A stretch of 64,000 nt of DNA. Origin: Candidatus Fermentibacteraceae bacterium. GTDB taxonomy: Bacteria > Fermentibacterota > Fermentibacteria > Fermentibacterales > JCC-6. Made by a program: the position numbers and the translations under genes. Below are positions 38,435 to 48,300 of this stretch, in pieces (within the stretch, counting starts at the first letter, position 1; each line of letters opens with the position of its first letter). The stretch is taken from contig JBGSZS010000004.1 in the NCBI GenBank assembly GCA_041750285.1, forward strand, positions 1-64,000, read 5' to 3'. Under the pieces are notes generated by a model, which worked only from the letters and a program-made list of their open reading frames with translations, did no database searches and was not told the DNA's origin.

Positions 38435-41400
38435 CTATTCCGGGACGGTCTCGCCCTCCATGAGTTTCGCCTCCCGGGAAAAGCCGTCGTTCCAGGCGGC
38501 CCCGATCACGAGGTTTTCATGGCGCTGGCGAAGCAGTTCGAACCAGTCCTCCCTCGCGTTGGCTTCTGTAAGGACGGCATCGGCCTCCTGTGTGCGGCCC
38601 ATCCCGTGGAGCTTTTGCGCGAGCAGTCCCGCGGCACGGAACGATGCCCTCGGTGATCCGCCGAGCATCCTTTCCCGAAGGGTCCCGACCGCGTCGGACG
38701 GGTTCGTGAGCATGATCCCGATCCAGATCCGCTGAAGCTCCAGCTCCTCCCGGGTGATGCTTATGCTGTTTATGCTTATCGGCGCCAGACAGGTGCTCCC
38801 CACCGCCCTCAAAGCCCGCTCGACGGAGTTCAATGAAGCCCCGGGGTCGCCGGTACGCTCGAGTATCAATGAATTCGTGTAAAGGGCCGCAGGACAATCG
38901 GGCCTCTTGTGAAGCGGCTCCTTGATGGCTTCGGCAGCCAGCTCGACATGCCCGTTTTCGAGGAGCATCCTGCACCTTATCAGTTCCATTTCCCTCATGA
39001 ACTCCGGGTCGTCGAGCCGCTCCGCGCTGTTCATCACTTCCCTCGTCCCGGCTTCGACCCTCCGGTTTTGAAAGGCATGGTACTCGGCATCCACCCCGAG
39101 CGCGCGGCAGCAGGTCCTGCCATAGAACGAGGCCTGCTCAATGGCGGCCCTTTCAGCTTCCCTGAGATGTTTCAGAGCGGTGACGGGCTGACCCGCAAGA
39201 AGATGGAACTCGCCGATGTCGTGGAGGAAGTACCAGTGGAAAGTGTAGTCACCGGCACGGTGACTGAGCATCTCACGGCACGCCTGATACCCCACCCCGG
39301 GCATGTTCATGGCGATCGCGCAGAAAAGCTTCTTGTGTGCGATCTGCACGAGGTACTCACCGTGACGGTGCATGGACCGGTCCAGAAGCGATTCGGCCTC
39401 GGTCAGCCGTTCCAGTGCCTCGGGTGCCCTGCAGGCCCTGCTCAGGGAATCCGAGAGCCTTATGAGGGTGTCGATCCTGTCGATCCCCGCGGCCGTGGGA
39501 AGGATCCCTTCAAGCTCATGAACCGCCTCGGGGCTTCTTCCCTGAACTCGAAGACTGTCCGCCGCAAGAAGCCTGTGAGCTGAGACCCTCTCCGGAGCGC
39601 CGTGGGCGACTGCGAAATCCGCCGCTTCAAGGGCGCTTTCACGAACCTTCTCCCAGTAGCCGCAGTTCACCAGGGTGCGGATGAGTTCCTCATCGAGGTC
39701 GAACACCTCTTCCGGCACCAGCTGTCCCGCAGCGACCAGCACGGCGGCCTGCGTTCTTGCCCTTTCCAGGCAGGCGATCCCCAGTCCCGGCATCCAGGTC
39801 TTCCGGTTGACGTCGGAACCTTCCCTGTAGTTCATGTACGCCTGCAGGGCGTTGCCGATCTTTTCAAGGTGATACCCGGCTTCGAGGAAGTCGCCGCCGT
39901 GCCTCAGTGTCTCCGCCAGGGCGGAATGGGCGGCGACCAGCACGCTCTGCGGAGCCGAGGAATACACGGCCAGCCTCACGGCATCGTTCGGGAAACGGTA
40001 GCTCAGAAGGGCCTCGCGGCCGGGCGCCAGGACTCCCGCCTTTACCGCGTCGTCAAGAAACCCAAGGACCTCTCCCTCGGTAAGGCCCGTGCCGGCAACG
40101 AGGAAGCCGGGGTCGGGGTTGCCCCTCCGCTCCGCCGAAGCGTGCTGCAGCACCGTGAGGCACTCGCCGGAAAGAGCCATGAGCCTGCTTCTTACAATGC
40201 CCTCCACCCTCTCGGGGATGGACGAGAGCGGTCCTTCCCCTGGCAATCCAATGTCCGAGAACTCTCCGTCCTGGGTACAACCCGCCCTGAGGAACTCGCA
40301 GGCAAAAAGGGGATTGCCCCCCGAGAACCGGAAAGCCTTGTCGGATATCCCGGGCAGCGGTTTTGACGAGCCGAGCCTTGCCCGGACCAGCTCGCCCACC
40401 TGATCGCGGTCGAAGGGCATGAGGTGAAGCCTCCGGAACTGATCCAACCCGGGAAAAAGCGCGGACAGGGCCTCGAGAGCATCCGAGCGTGCCGCGACTA
40501 CGAGGGAGAAACCGGACGGGATCCCGACCCGGAGGGCATAACCGAGAAAAGAGGCAGTCCCGGGATCGAGCCATTGTGCGTTGTCGACAATGAAGACAGC
40601 GGGAAGCCGGGTTGAAAACAGTGCCGAAAGGGCTTCGAGAACGGCCAGGGTATCCGGACGGACCTGCGGAGGAGGCGACCCGGGAAAGAGCCCCGGGAAG
40701 ATACCGCAGAGCACCCGTGTCCAGGGGGTTTCGGGAATGGCGCCGGAAGCCGGCACGAGACCCCTGATCCATGGCAGAAGCGGAGCCCAGGATATTCCGG
40801 ACAGCTCGGGCCTTCCCTCGATACGGCACACCGCAGCATGCTTGAGGCGCGCGGCGGCCTTCTCAAGAAGAAGGGTCTTTCCTGAACCAGCGTCGCCGGT
40901 CAGAAGCACTCCAGCATTCTCTGAAGACGCCGGCGCATCGAGGATCATCTCGAGTTCTCCGGCTCGCCCCACGAAGACGTCATCGTGCCAGAACAGGGTC
41001 TCACCCGTTTCGTGCGCCCTCCTAATGCAGTTTCCGCCGGCGCTCTTCGCCCTGTACATCGCGCGGTCGGCAGCCCTGAGAACGTCGCCCGCCAGGGGCC
41101 CGTGCATGGGAAAGAGTGCCTCTCCAATGCTCGCGGTGACCCCCCAGCGCGGCTTGAGCGTGGTGTTGAACGCTTCGAGAAGCCTCTCGCCAACCCTGTT
41201 CCCCGAATCCGCGCCGGGAACCAGAACCACGAACTCGTCACCGCCGAACCTCACGGCACGGTCGTCGAACCGGACGCGGCCCACCAGCAGCTCCCCCACC
41301 CGCTCGAGGACGGCATCGCCCTCGGCGTGGCCCATCGAGTCATTCACACGCTTGAAGCCGTCCATGTCCAGAAAGAGCAGTGAGAATTCCTGCTCCAGCG

Positions 41401-41530
41401 CGATCAGGGAATCGAGGGCGTGAAGAAGGTACCGGCGGTTGGGCAACCCCGTGAGATCGTCCATCCATGACGATGACCTGTGCGCCGGTATTCCGTACCT
41501 GGTCAGCAGACCGGGGCTGATGCTCAACAA
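38435..41530 (-). CDS. GGDEF domain + AAA/STAND ATPase + helical (TPR-like) repeats
   Basis: DDLTGLPNRR, RFGGDEF, FVGRAGEL, GDAGSGKT, VFIVDNAQW, SGGNPLF. Confidence 0.8.
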   Translation of the reverse strand: MLSISPGLLTRYGIPAHRSSSWMDDLTGLPNRRYLLHALDSLIALEQEFSLLFLDMDGFKRVNDSMGHAEGDAVLERVGELLVGRVRFDDRAVRFGGDEFVVLVPGADSGNRVGERLLEAFNTTLKPRWGVTASIGEALFPMHGPLAGDVLRAADRAMYRAKSAGGNCIRRAHETGETLFWHDDVFVGRAGELEMILDAPASSENAGVLLTGDAGSGKTLLLEKAAARLKHAAVCRIEGRPELSGISWAPLLPWIRGLVPASGAIPETPWTRVLCGIFPGLFPGSPPPQVRPDTLAVLEALSALFSTRLPAVFIVDNAQWLDPGTASFLGYALRVGIPSGFSLVVAARSDALEALSALFPGLDQFRRLHLMPFDRDQVGELVRARLGSSKPLPGISDKAFRFSGGNPLFACEFLRAGCTQDGEFSDIGLPGEGPLSSIPERVEGIVRSRLMALSGECLTVLQHASAERRGNPDPGFLVAGTGLTEGEVLGFLDDAVKAGVLAPGREALLSYRFPNDAVRLAVYSSAPQSVLVAAHSALAETLRHGGDFLEAGYHLEKIGNALQAYMNYREGSDVNRKTWMPGLGIACLERARTQAAVLVAAGQLVPEEVFDLDEELIRTLVNCGYWEKVRESALEAADFAVAHGAPERVSAHRLLAADSLRVQGRSPEAVHELEGILPTAAGIDRIDTLIRLSDSLSRACRAPEALERLTEAESLLDRSMHRHGEYLVQIAHKKLFCAIAMNMPGVGYQACREMLSHRAGDYTFHWYFLHDIGEFHLLAGQPVTALKHLREAERAAIEQASFYGRTCCRALGVDAEYHAFQNRRVEAGTREVMNSAERLDDPEFMREMELIRCRMLLENGHVELAAEAIKEPLHKRPDCPAALYTNSLILERTGDPGASLNSVERALRAVGSTCLAPISINSISITREELELQRIWIGIMLTNPSDAVGTLRERMLGGSPRASFRAAGLLAQKLHGMGRTQEADAVLTEANAREDWFELLRQRHENLVIGAAWNDGFSREAKLMEGETVPE

Positions 41531-41649
41531 AGCCTCCTTCGCTGGAGTGTTTTCTGCGAAGAAAGGCCGGGCAAGTCAAGGCTGAACCTGTGGGACAGGG
41601 AGGGCGCCCCGCCTCCACTACCGGGAATGGCGGGGCACCCTGAAGAAAA

Positions 41650-42810
41650 CTACAGCTTCACCATCCTGAGGGTGGATGATCCCGAAGCGTCCGTCACTCT
41701 GACCAGGTAGGCTCCCTGGGGAACCTCCGCGGCGTTCCAGACGAGGCTTCCGTTGAAAGGTCCGCTGAGGACCGTCCTGCCCGAGATGTCGAAGATCTGA
41801 ATGGCCGCGGAATCGTACCCGGTGCCTGTGATGACCACCGAGCCCCGGAACGGGTTTTCGCCGGCATGGAGGCTTCTCCCCGGAATGGCTTCCGCGCCCG
41901 CTTCGGTGCCGGTCGCGTTCTGTATCCACATCCAGACGTAACCGTTGTAGTCGCTGGTCAGCATGTCGGGAAGGCCGTCCTCGTTCCAGTCGTCGATCCA
42001 GAGGCGCATACCCGAGTACTTGACTGCGATGGAAGCGTAACCGTTGAACACGGGCGCGTCGTTCGTGCCGATGTTCTCGTAGTAGTAAACGTTGTTGTCG
42101 TTGGCGCCGCAGAGAAGGTCCTTCAGGCCGTCGCCGTTCATGTCGTAGACCTGGGGACAGTTCCTGTAGTGGGTGACGGCGGCCGACCCGTTCTGAACCA
42201 GGCTGTAGGTGCTGAAGACCGGCGCGGAGTCGCCTCCGTCATTGATGTAGACCCTTACGTTCCCGGGGCTCTCGTTGCCCAGGAGCATATCGGGATAACC
42301 GTCCTCGTTCCAGTCCACGATCACGGGAGCCGAGTTTGAGCCCACGTTGATCATGACCCCGGCGCAGTTGATCTTGGGCATCTGCGTAAGCGTGATGGGG
42401 TTGTCGGAGGTTCTGCGGAAGTAGTTGACGTATCCGTTCCTGTCGCCTACTATGATGTCCAGCATTCCGTCGTTGTTCCAATCCACGACCTGTGGATTCG
42501 TTGCCCCCGTGCATCAACCGTATGGCAGCGTGATGGGGCTTCCGTCGGCGTTTATGAGCGTGTAGGAGTTGAAGATCGGGGCCGAATTGGTGCCCTCGTT
42601 CTTGTAGAAACGGATGTTCCCGCTTGCGAACTGCCCCAGCACCAGGTCCTTCAGGCCGTCGCCGTCCCAGTCCACAACGCACGGGGCCGCGTAGTATCCC
42701 ACGTCGATGAACGTCCCCGCGCACATGAGCTGGTAGGACGGCTGCCAGACCGGTGTCCAGGCCATTGCCAGACCAGCGCTCAGAAGCGTCAGCGCTATAA
42801 AACCCTTCAT
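41650..42810 (-). CDS. Secreted FG-GAP/VCBS-repeat protein with T9SS/FlgD-like C-terminal domain; in-frame UGA at 42514-42516 (candidate selenocysteine), 386 aa
   Basis: ORFs 42514..42810 and 41650..42486 share one frame, joined by GGT TGA TGC ACG GGG GCA ACG AAT CCA CAG GTC GTG GAT TGG; signal peptide; DW-x-x-DG repeats; NPF..IFDISGR..GAYLV tail. Confidence 0.8.
42480..42498 (-). promoter_or_regulatory. Candidate bacterial SECIS hairpin
   Basis: AAUCCAC-AGGUC-GUGGAUU beginning 15 nt after the UGA. Confidence 0.7.
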
Positions 42811-42842
42811 CTGTCCTCCCTTCTGCAGTACTCCGTAAATGA

Positions 42843-44051
42843 CTAAAGCAGCGTCAGTTTCGTTGCAACCCTCTCATCGGCATGTGAAGCGGTGACAATG
42901 TACACCCCGGCGGGGCTGTTCCCCATGTCGAGAACGCCATCCCCCCCGAAAACCTCCCGCAAACCGGCAACCCTCCGTCCCGAGATGTCGAACACCTCGA
43001 TGCAAGCGGAAAGACCATCGGGAAGCTCAAGCCTGAAGGGAACGCTCCCGGTGCAGGGGCTTCGAAGCAGGGAGAGCGAGAATCCGCCGGTCTGAACGGC
43101 CTCCTCCCCGATGCCTTCGGTGTTCCCGGTGAAAACGTAGATCCAGCCGTTGTTGCAGCCCACCATCAGGTCGGGAACGCCGTCGGCATCGTAGTCGCAG
43201 ACGTGTTCCCTGGCCCGCCCGCCCCCGGAGAAGTTGGTGTAGACGTTTATCGGACCGGCCGTGCACTGCAGGACCGAGTAGCCTGAGAACTGGGGATCGG
43301 CGTTGGTTCCGGTGTTCGGGGCGAAGTAAACCTCCCCCATCTCGTAACCCAGGATGAGGTCCTTTTTGCCGTCGGCGTTCAGGTCGAACGTTTCAGACGT
43401 TGTGCGCCACTTGTTGTAAAGACCAGTGTAGTCGAGATACGCGGCGCTGAACACCGGCGAGTCGGGTTCGTCGCCGACGTTCGGGTACACCCTCAGTATG
43501 CCGCCGTTGGTGGTTTCGGTGAGGTAGCCCGTGAGAAGGAGATCCAGCCTGCCGTCCTCGTTCCAGTCCACGAGGTGCGGTGACGAATTGTAGTTTGTCT
43601 TGATCTCGATGCCCTGGTTGTCAAAAACGTTGCCCACGAAGTGAAGGGTGCCGTCTCCGTTACCGGTGTAAAGCCTCAGGTTGCCGTTGCGCTCCCCGTG
43701 GACAAGGTCGGGCGTGCCGTCGTTGTTCCAATCCACAACCTGTGGATTCGTGCAGCCCGTGCATCAGCCGTAGGAACAGGTGATGTCGGCTCCGTCGGCC
43801 TGGAGGTAGCTGAATGTCGTGAACACGGGGTTCTGGATGGTGCCGGAATTGGGGTAGAACCTGATCTTCCCCTGGCTGAACTGCCCGATGACGAGGTCAT
43901 TCAGACCGTCGCCGTTCCAGTCGGTGAAAACCGGGTCGCAGATTATGTCTGCAACCAGGTTCACACCGTTGGCCTGGATTATGAACGGGGCGTCGAACTG
44001 CGCGGAGGCAAGTGCGGTGAAGACGATCAACGCAAGAACCGGCTTGCTCAT
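42843..44051 (-). CDS. Secreted FG-GAP/VCBS-repeat protein with T9SS/FlgD-like C-terminal domain; in-frame UGA at 43764-43766 (candidate selenocysteine), 402 aa
   Basis: ORFs 43764..44051 and 42843..43736 share one frame, joined by GGC TGA TGC ACG GGC TGC ACG AAT CCA CAG GTT GTG GAT TGG; signal peptide; DWNGDG repeats; VFDISGRRV..GVYIV tail. Confidence 0.8.
43730..43748 (-). promoter_or_regulatory. Candidate bacterial SECIS hairpin
   Basis: AAUCCAC-AGGUU-GUGGAUU beginning 15 nt after the UGA. Confidence 0.7.
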
Positions 44052-44090
44052 GCCTGCCCTTTCGATAACGTTTCCTGAAACTTTGATAAC

Positions 44091-44119
44091 ATTATGACCG
44101 GCCCATGGTTCGGAGTCAA
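44091..44119 (-). promoter_or_regulatory. sigma70 promoter of the FG-GAP gene pair
   Basis: TTGACT-N17-CATAAT. Confidence 0.6.
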
Positions 44120-44126
44120 GCGGTGG

Positions 44127-45398
44127 TCAGCCCTTGATCGGAACCTCCGACGACATGTGCACCCTCATGCAGTCCATCATCTTCCGGTGGTCATGGGCGC
44201 CGCTTGTCTCCCTTATTGAGTGCATGGCGAGCATGGGGTTGCCCACGTCTACGGTTGGAATGCCGGTCCGGGAGGCTGTGATCGGACCGATGGTGCTTCC
44301 CGCGAGGGCATCGGTGCGGCCCGTGAACTCCTGGAGAGTAACGCCAGCCTTCCCGGCGCAGCGGGAAAAGTACGCCCCGGTTTCCACACAGGTGGCGTAA
44401 TTCTGCATCACGCTGTACTTCACCGCCGGGCCGCCGTTCAGCCGTGGTCTGGACTGCTGGCTGTGCTTGCCCGCCCAGTCGGGGTGCACCGCGTGCGCGC
44501 AGTCTGCGCTCACCATCACGCTTTTGGTGACGGCCCTGAAGAACTCCTCGCGATTTCCGCTCATGCGCTCGAGAAGTGTTTCGAGGAAGGGACCCGCGGC
44601 TCCCGCCGTGGTCCGGCTGCCCACCTCCTCGTTGTCGAAGAGGATGGCGACAGCGGTGGATTCAGGCTGAGTGACCTGCGCAATGGCGTTCAGTGCGGCG
44701 TGGCAGCTCGCGATGTCGTCGATCCGGGAAGACACCAGGAACTCGCGGTTGACCCCTGCCAGAACAGCCCTCTCGGTGCTGACGAGCTCCGCTGAGAAGA
44801 ACGCCAGGTCGTCAAGGCAAAGCCCCGCGGAATCGGCAACCGCCTTCCTGAAGGCGGGATAGTCATCGACGGTTGCGAAGATCGGGTGCATCTCGCTCTC
44901 CGGATTGGCCCTGAAACCCTTCTTGTTCACTTCCCTGTTGAGATGGATCGCAGGGGAGGCGATCCTCAGAAGGGGTTCCCGTATGCCGTAAAGCACCACT
45001 CTCCCCTCCCGGGTGACGGCTTTTCCCGCCACTCCGAGGTCCCTGTCGAACCATGTGCTGAAGAGAGGCCCACCGTAGACCTCGATTCCCAGTGTCGCAA
45101 GGCCCTCCCTGAAGGAATACGGGGCGCTCTTGAGCTGAAGCCCGGGGGCGTCCGTGTGGGCGCCTGTTATCCTGAATCCCGTTTCGGACGGTTTCGCCGT
45201 CCCCATCACGAATGCGGCCAGCGTCGAGGATGAGTACATGGTGAAGTACCTTCCCCCGGGCTGCAGATTCCATGCATCTTCGGGGTTCACCCTCTCAAAA
45301 CCGTTCCCTGCGAGGAAATCCGCGCTCAGAGAGCCGGTGTGGGAAGATGTGGGGCTTCCGTCGAGGTATTCAAGAAGCGATTCGAGAATGGGTTCCAT
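44127..45398 (-). CDS. M18-family aspartyl aminopeptidase
   Basis: GAHTDAP, EVYGG..WFDRDL, SRIDD, DNEEVGS, SADCAHAVHP, LAMHSIRE. Confidence 0.92.
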   Translation of the reverse strand: MEPILESLLEYLDGSPTSSHTGSLSADFLAGNGFERVNPEDAWNLQPGGRYFTMYSSSTLAAFVMGTAKPSETGFRITGAHTDAPGLQLKSAPYSFREGLATLGIEVYGGPLFSTWFDRDLGVAGKAVTREGRVVLYGIREPLLRIASPAIHLNREVNKKGFRANPESEMHPIFATVDDYPAFRKAVADSAGLCLDDLAFFSAELVSTERAVLAGVNREFLVSSRIDDIASCHAALNAIAQVTQPESTAVAILFDNEEVGSRTTAGAAGPFLETLLERMSGNREEFFRAVTKSVMVSADCAHAVHPDWAGKHSQQSRPRLNGGPAVKYSVMQNYATCVETGAYFSRCAGKAGVTLQEFTGRTDALAGSTIGPITASRTGIPTVDVGNPMLAMHSIRETSGAHDHRKMMDCMRVHMSSEVPIKG

Positions 45399-45399
45399 C

Positions 45400-48300
45400 T
45401 CAGTCTCCGTTCCTGTCCGCGTATCTCTTCACCTGAAACATGAAAGCTTCCAACCTTGAGGTGTTGTCGGTGTCTTCCTGGCCGTCGAACGCAAGGTTCA
45501 GCCATGGAAGGTCGGGCCTGTCCCGGCGTATCCGGCGGGAGACCGCCGTCACGACGGTACCGGGAAGGCAGCCGAAGGGCAGGACGTTCACAGCGCCCTG
45601 TATGCCGCCGTGGCCCATCAGGGCAAGGGGCGCGCCAATGCAGAGTATGGCCTCGCCACCGATGTTCTCGGGCATGTAGGGCTCCGCCGCCCTCAGGATG
45701 GCTTCGGCGTTCGCGTGGGGGGTGTCGGCAAGGAGTTTCTCAAAGGGCTTTTCGACGGGTCTTTTCATCATGGCCATGACACCAGCCTTGATCTTTCCCG
45801 TCATCACGCCGCCCTGTCTTCCAAGCCTTTTCGATTTCTCGATGAAGCTGAGGTTCACGAACTCCATCCATTCTGCGATGGGGCTGTATACGACCTCCCC
45901 CCCCAGCTCCTCTATCCTGTCCAGGGTGTTGTCGTTGGCGTATGGATCGTTCCTTATGTAGATCTCGCCGAAGACCGCCACTCTCGGCCTGCGGACGGAG
46001 TCGTCCACAGCTATGGCGCTGAAGGCCCTGGCGGCATCCTGGGCGGCCCTGCCCAGGCTCAGCCCCTTCTCCGCCCTCGCGCAGACCTTCTCGAGCTGCT
46101 CGCCGTAGACCCTGTCCGTCTCGCCGCGTACCCGTTCGTAGGGGCGAACCCTGAAGCGCGCCCTGTAAAGGTTGTCAACAAGGCTGATCCCCTGGTAGAG
46201 CGCTTTCTGCCTGTTGAAACTTGAAAAGCCCTCGACACTCGAATAACTGTCACTGCTGCTCGACGTGACAATTGGAACACCCTCGTAGCCGAGCCGCTTC
46301 AGGATCATCCCGTGGTACTGGCAGTACTGGCCGAACCTGCAGGGACCGCTGGCGGTTCCCATGAAGAATGCCGTATTCTCCGGCGGATTGTCACGAAGTA
46401 TCTCCATCATGCTGCCCGAGGTGATGATGGCCGGGTAGCACTCCCTTCCGCTGGTGACGCTTCTTCCGAGAGCCACTGTGGACGCCGACGTGAGCGGCGA
46501 CACTTTAGCGTCGTGGCCCGCGCTTCTGGCAACGGCAGCCGCCACATGACTGGCGTCGCTCATGTACGGGATCCAGAGGGTCCTTCCCCCGAGTGAGGCT
46601 TCGTGGACGGGGTCTTGCGCCTTTGGCTTGGCGCCGGTGGGTGCCCTTGCGTCAAGGGAATCGAGGAAAGCCTCGCAGCGGGTTATCAGCCCGGCATCGG
46701 CGGCGTGTTCGTCTATCTCTATGCCCAGGTAAGGCTTGTCCCCCATCAGTTCGGTGAAGATGTGCTCGATGAAACTGTCGGGGCCGCAGCCGAAGTTGGA
46801 TATGTACACGGCGTTCAGACGGGGGTCCCTCCGGACCGCGACCGCTGCTGCAAGGATCTTCTGGCCGTACGCCCAGTACATGTTCCCGTGTTCCTTCCAC
46901 ACCTCTTCAAGCGGGAGGTCGAGGAAGTCCATGGGGATGACGAGCGCCCCCAGCCTCGCAAGCTTTTGTGGAAGGTCGGTGTTCACCATGGGATCGTTCC
47001 CGTTGTAGGGTCTGCTGACGACGACGAACGCGCGCCGGCCGCCTATGGATGAAAGGGCCTTCTCGCCCTCCTTCAGAAGCGCCTTTCTGAACCTCTCCTG
47101 CGAGGATGAAGCCTTTCTGGCGGCCCTGGCCGACGTTTCCGCGTCAAAGCCGAGTGAAGACGCCATCTCTATGAGGGGCTTCATCCACTGCCTGCCCGGC
47201 AGGCTGAAATCCAGAACCGGCTTCAGTGTTGCGGGCGTCCTTCTCTCCTTCAGGGAAAGACCGGCATCGAGAAGGTAGGGCGCCGCCTCGACGAAGGGAC
47301 AGTTGTAGCTTTCGGTGAATTCCCCGGCGGCTTTCGAGTTTCTCAGGATGCTGGGGATGAAGAGGTAATCGATACCCATCTCGAGGAGTCTCGCGGTGTG
47401 GCCATGGGCTATCTTCACGGGAAAGCAGGTGTCGGCGGCCGTGCTTTCGACCCCTCTGTGAACCGTTTCCGAATCGGAGGGACCGCTGGTCACCACCCGG
47501 CAACCGAGCTCCCTGAAAAACGTTCCGAAGAAGGGGTAAAGCTCCCAGAACCAGAGGGCTTCGGGAATTCCCACCACGGGACCGTTTGGCTCGAGGTCGG
47601 ATTCCTCGGCGAACTTCCGCAGAAGCTCCCCGCGAATCCCGAAAAGGCTCTCCCCGCCTGTCCTGATCTGGAGGCTTCCGGTTTCGTACTTCTCGCACCT
47701 GCCGCCGTAGTAGAGCTTCCGGCCGTCCTGCAGCGTTACCCTGTGGATCTCGCAGTGGTTGGCGCACGTCTTGCACACGAAGCTGTCCTGATGCCAGGTC
47801 TCACCCGTGAGGGAAAAACCCCTGAAGGAGGATTTCGACGGTTTCATGTCACGGGCGAGAAGCGCGGCTCCAATGGCCCCGGTGACGTCGTGATGGGGCG
47901 GGACCGTCACCGTCCTTTTGCCCAGCACGTGGTTGAAAGCCGCCACGACGCCCTGGTTGAAGGCGGTTCCGCCCTGGAAGAAGATGCGTTTGCCTATGGT
48001 CCGTCTTCCCACGACACGGTGGAGGTAGTTCCTCACCACCGAAACGCAAAGGCCTGCCACGATGTCACGAAGCGGCGTTCCGTCGGACTGGTGGCTCACG
48101 ACGTCGGTTTCCATGAACACCGTGCAGCGCTCTCCCAGCCTGGCCGGTGCGGGCGACTCGAGGGCCAGGGGGCCGAACCCCGTTATGGGGATCCCCAGCT
48201 TCTCCGCCTGTTCCTCAAGAAAGCTTCCGGTACCCGCTGCACAGACCTTGTTCATCTCAAAATCGACGACCCTTCCGTCCTTCAGTGAGATGAACTTCGA

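Noticed and set aside
41650..44051. Four separate genes, or two nonsense pseudogenes
   Set aside because: Frames are continuous, the UGA is at the same position in both paralogs with a conserved hairpin, and the downstream halves lack signal peptides.
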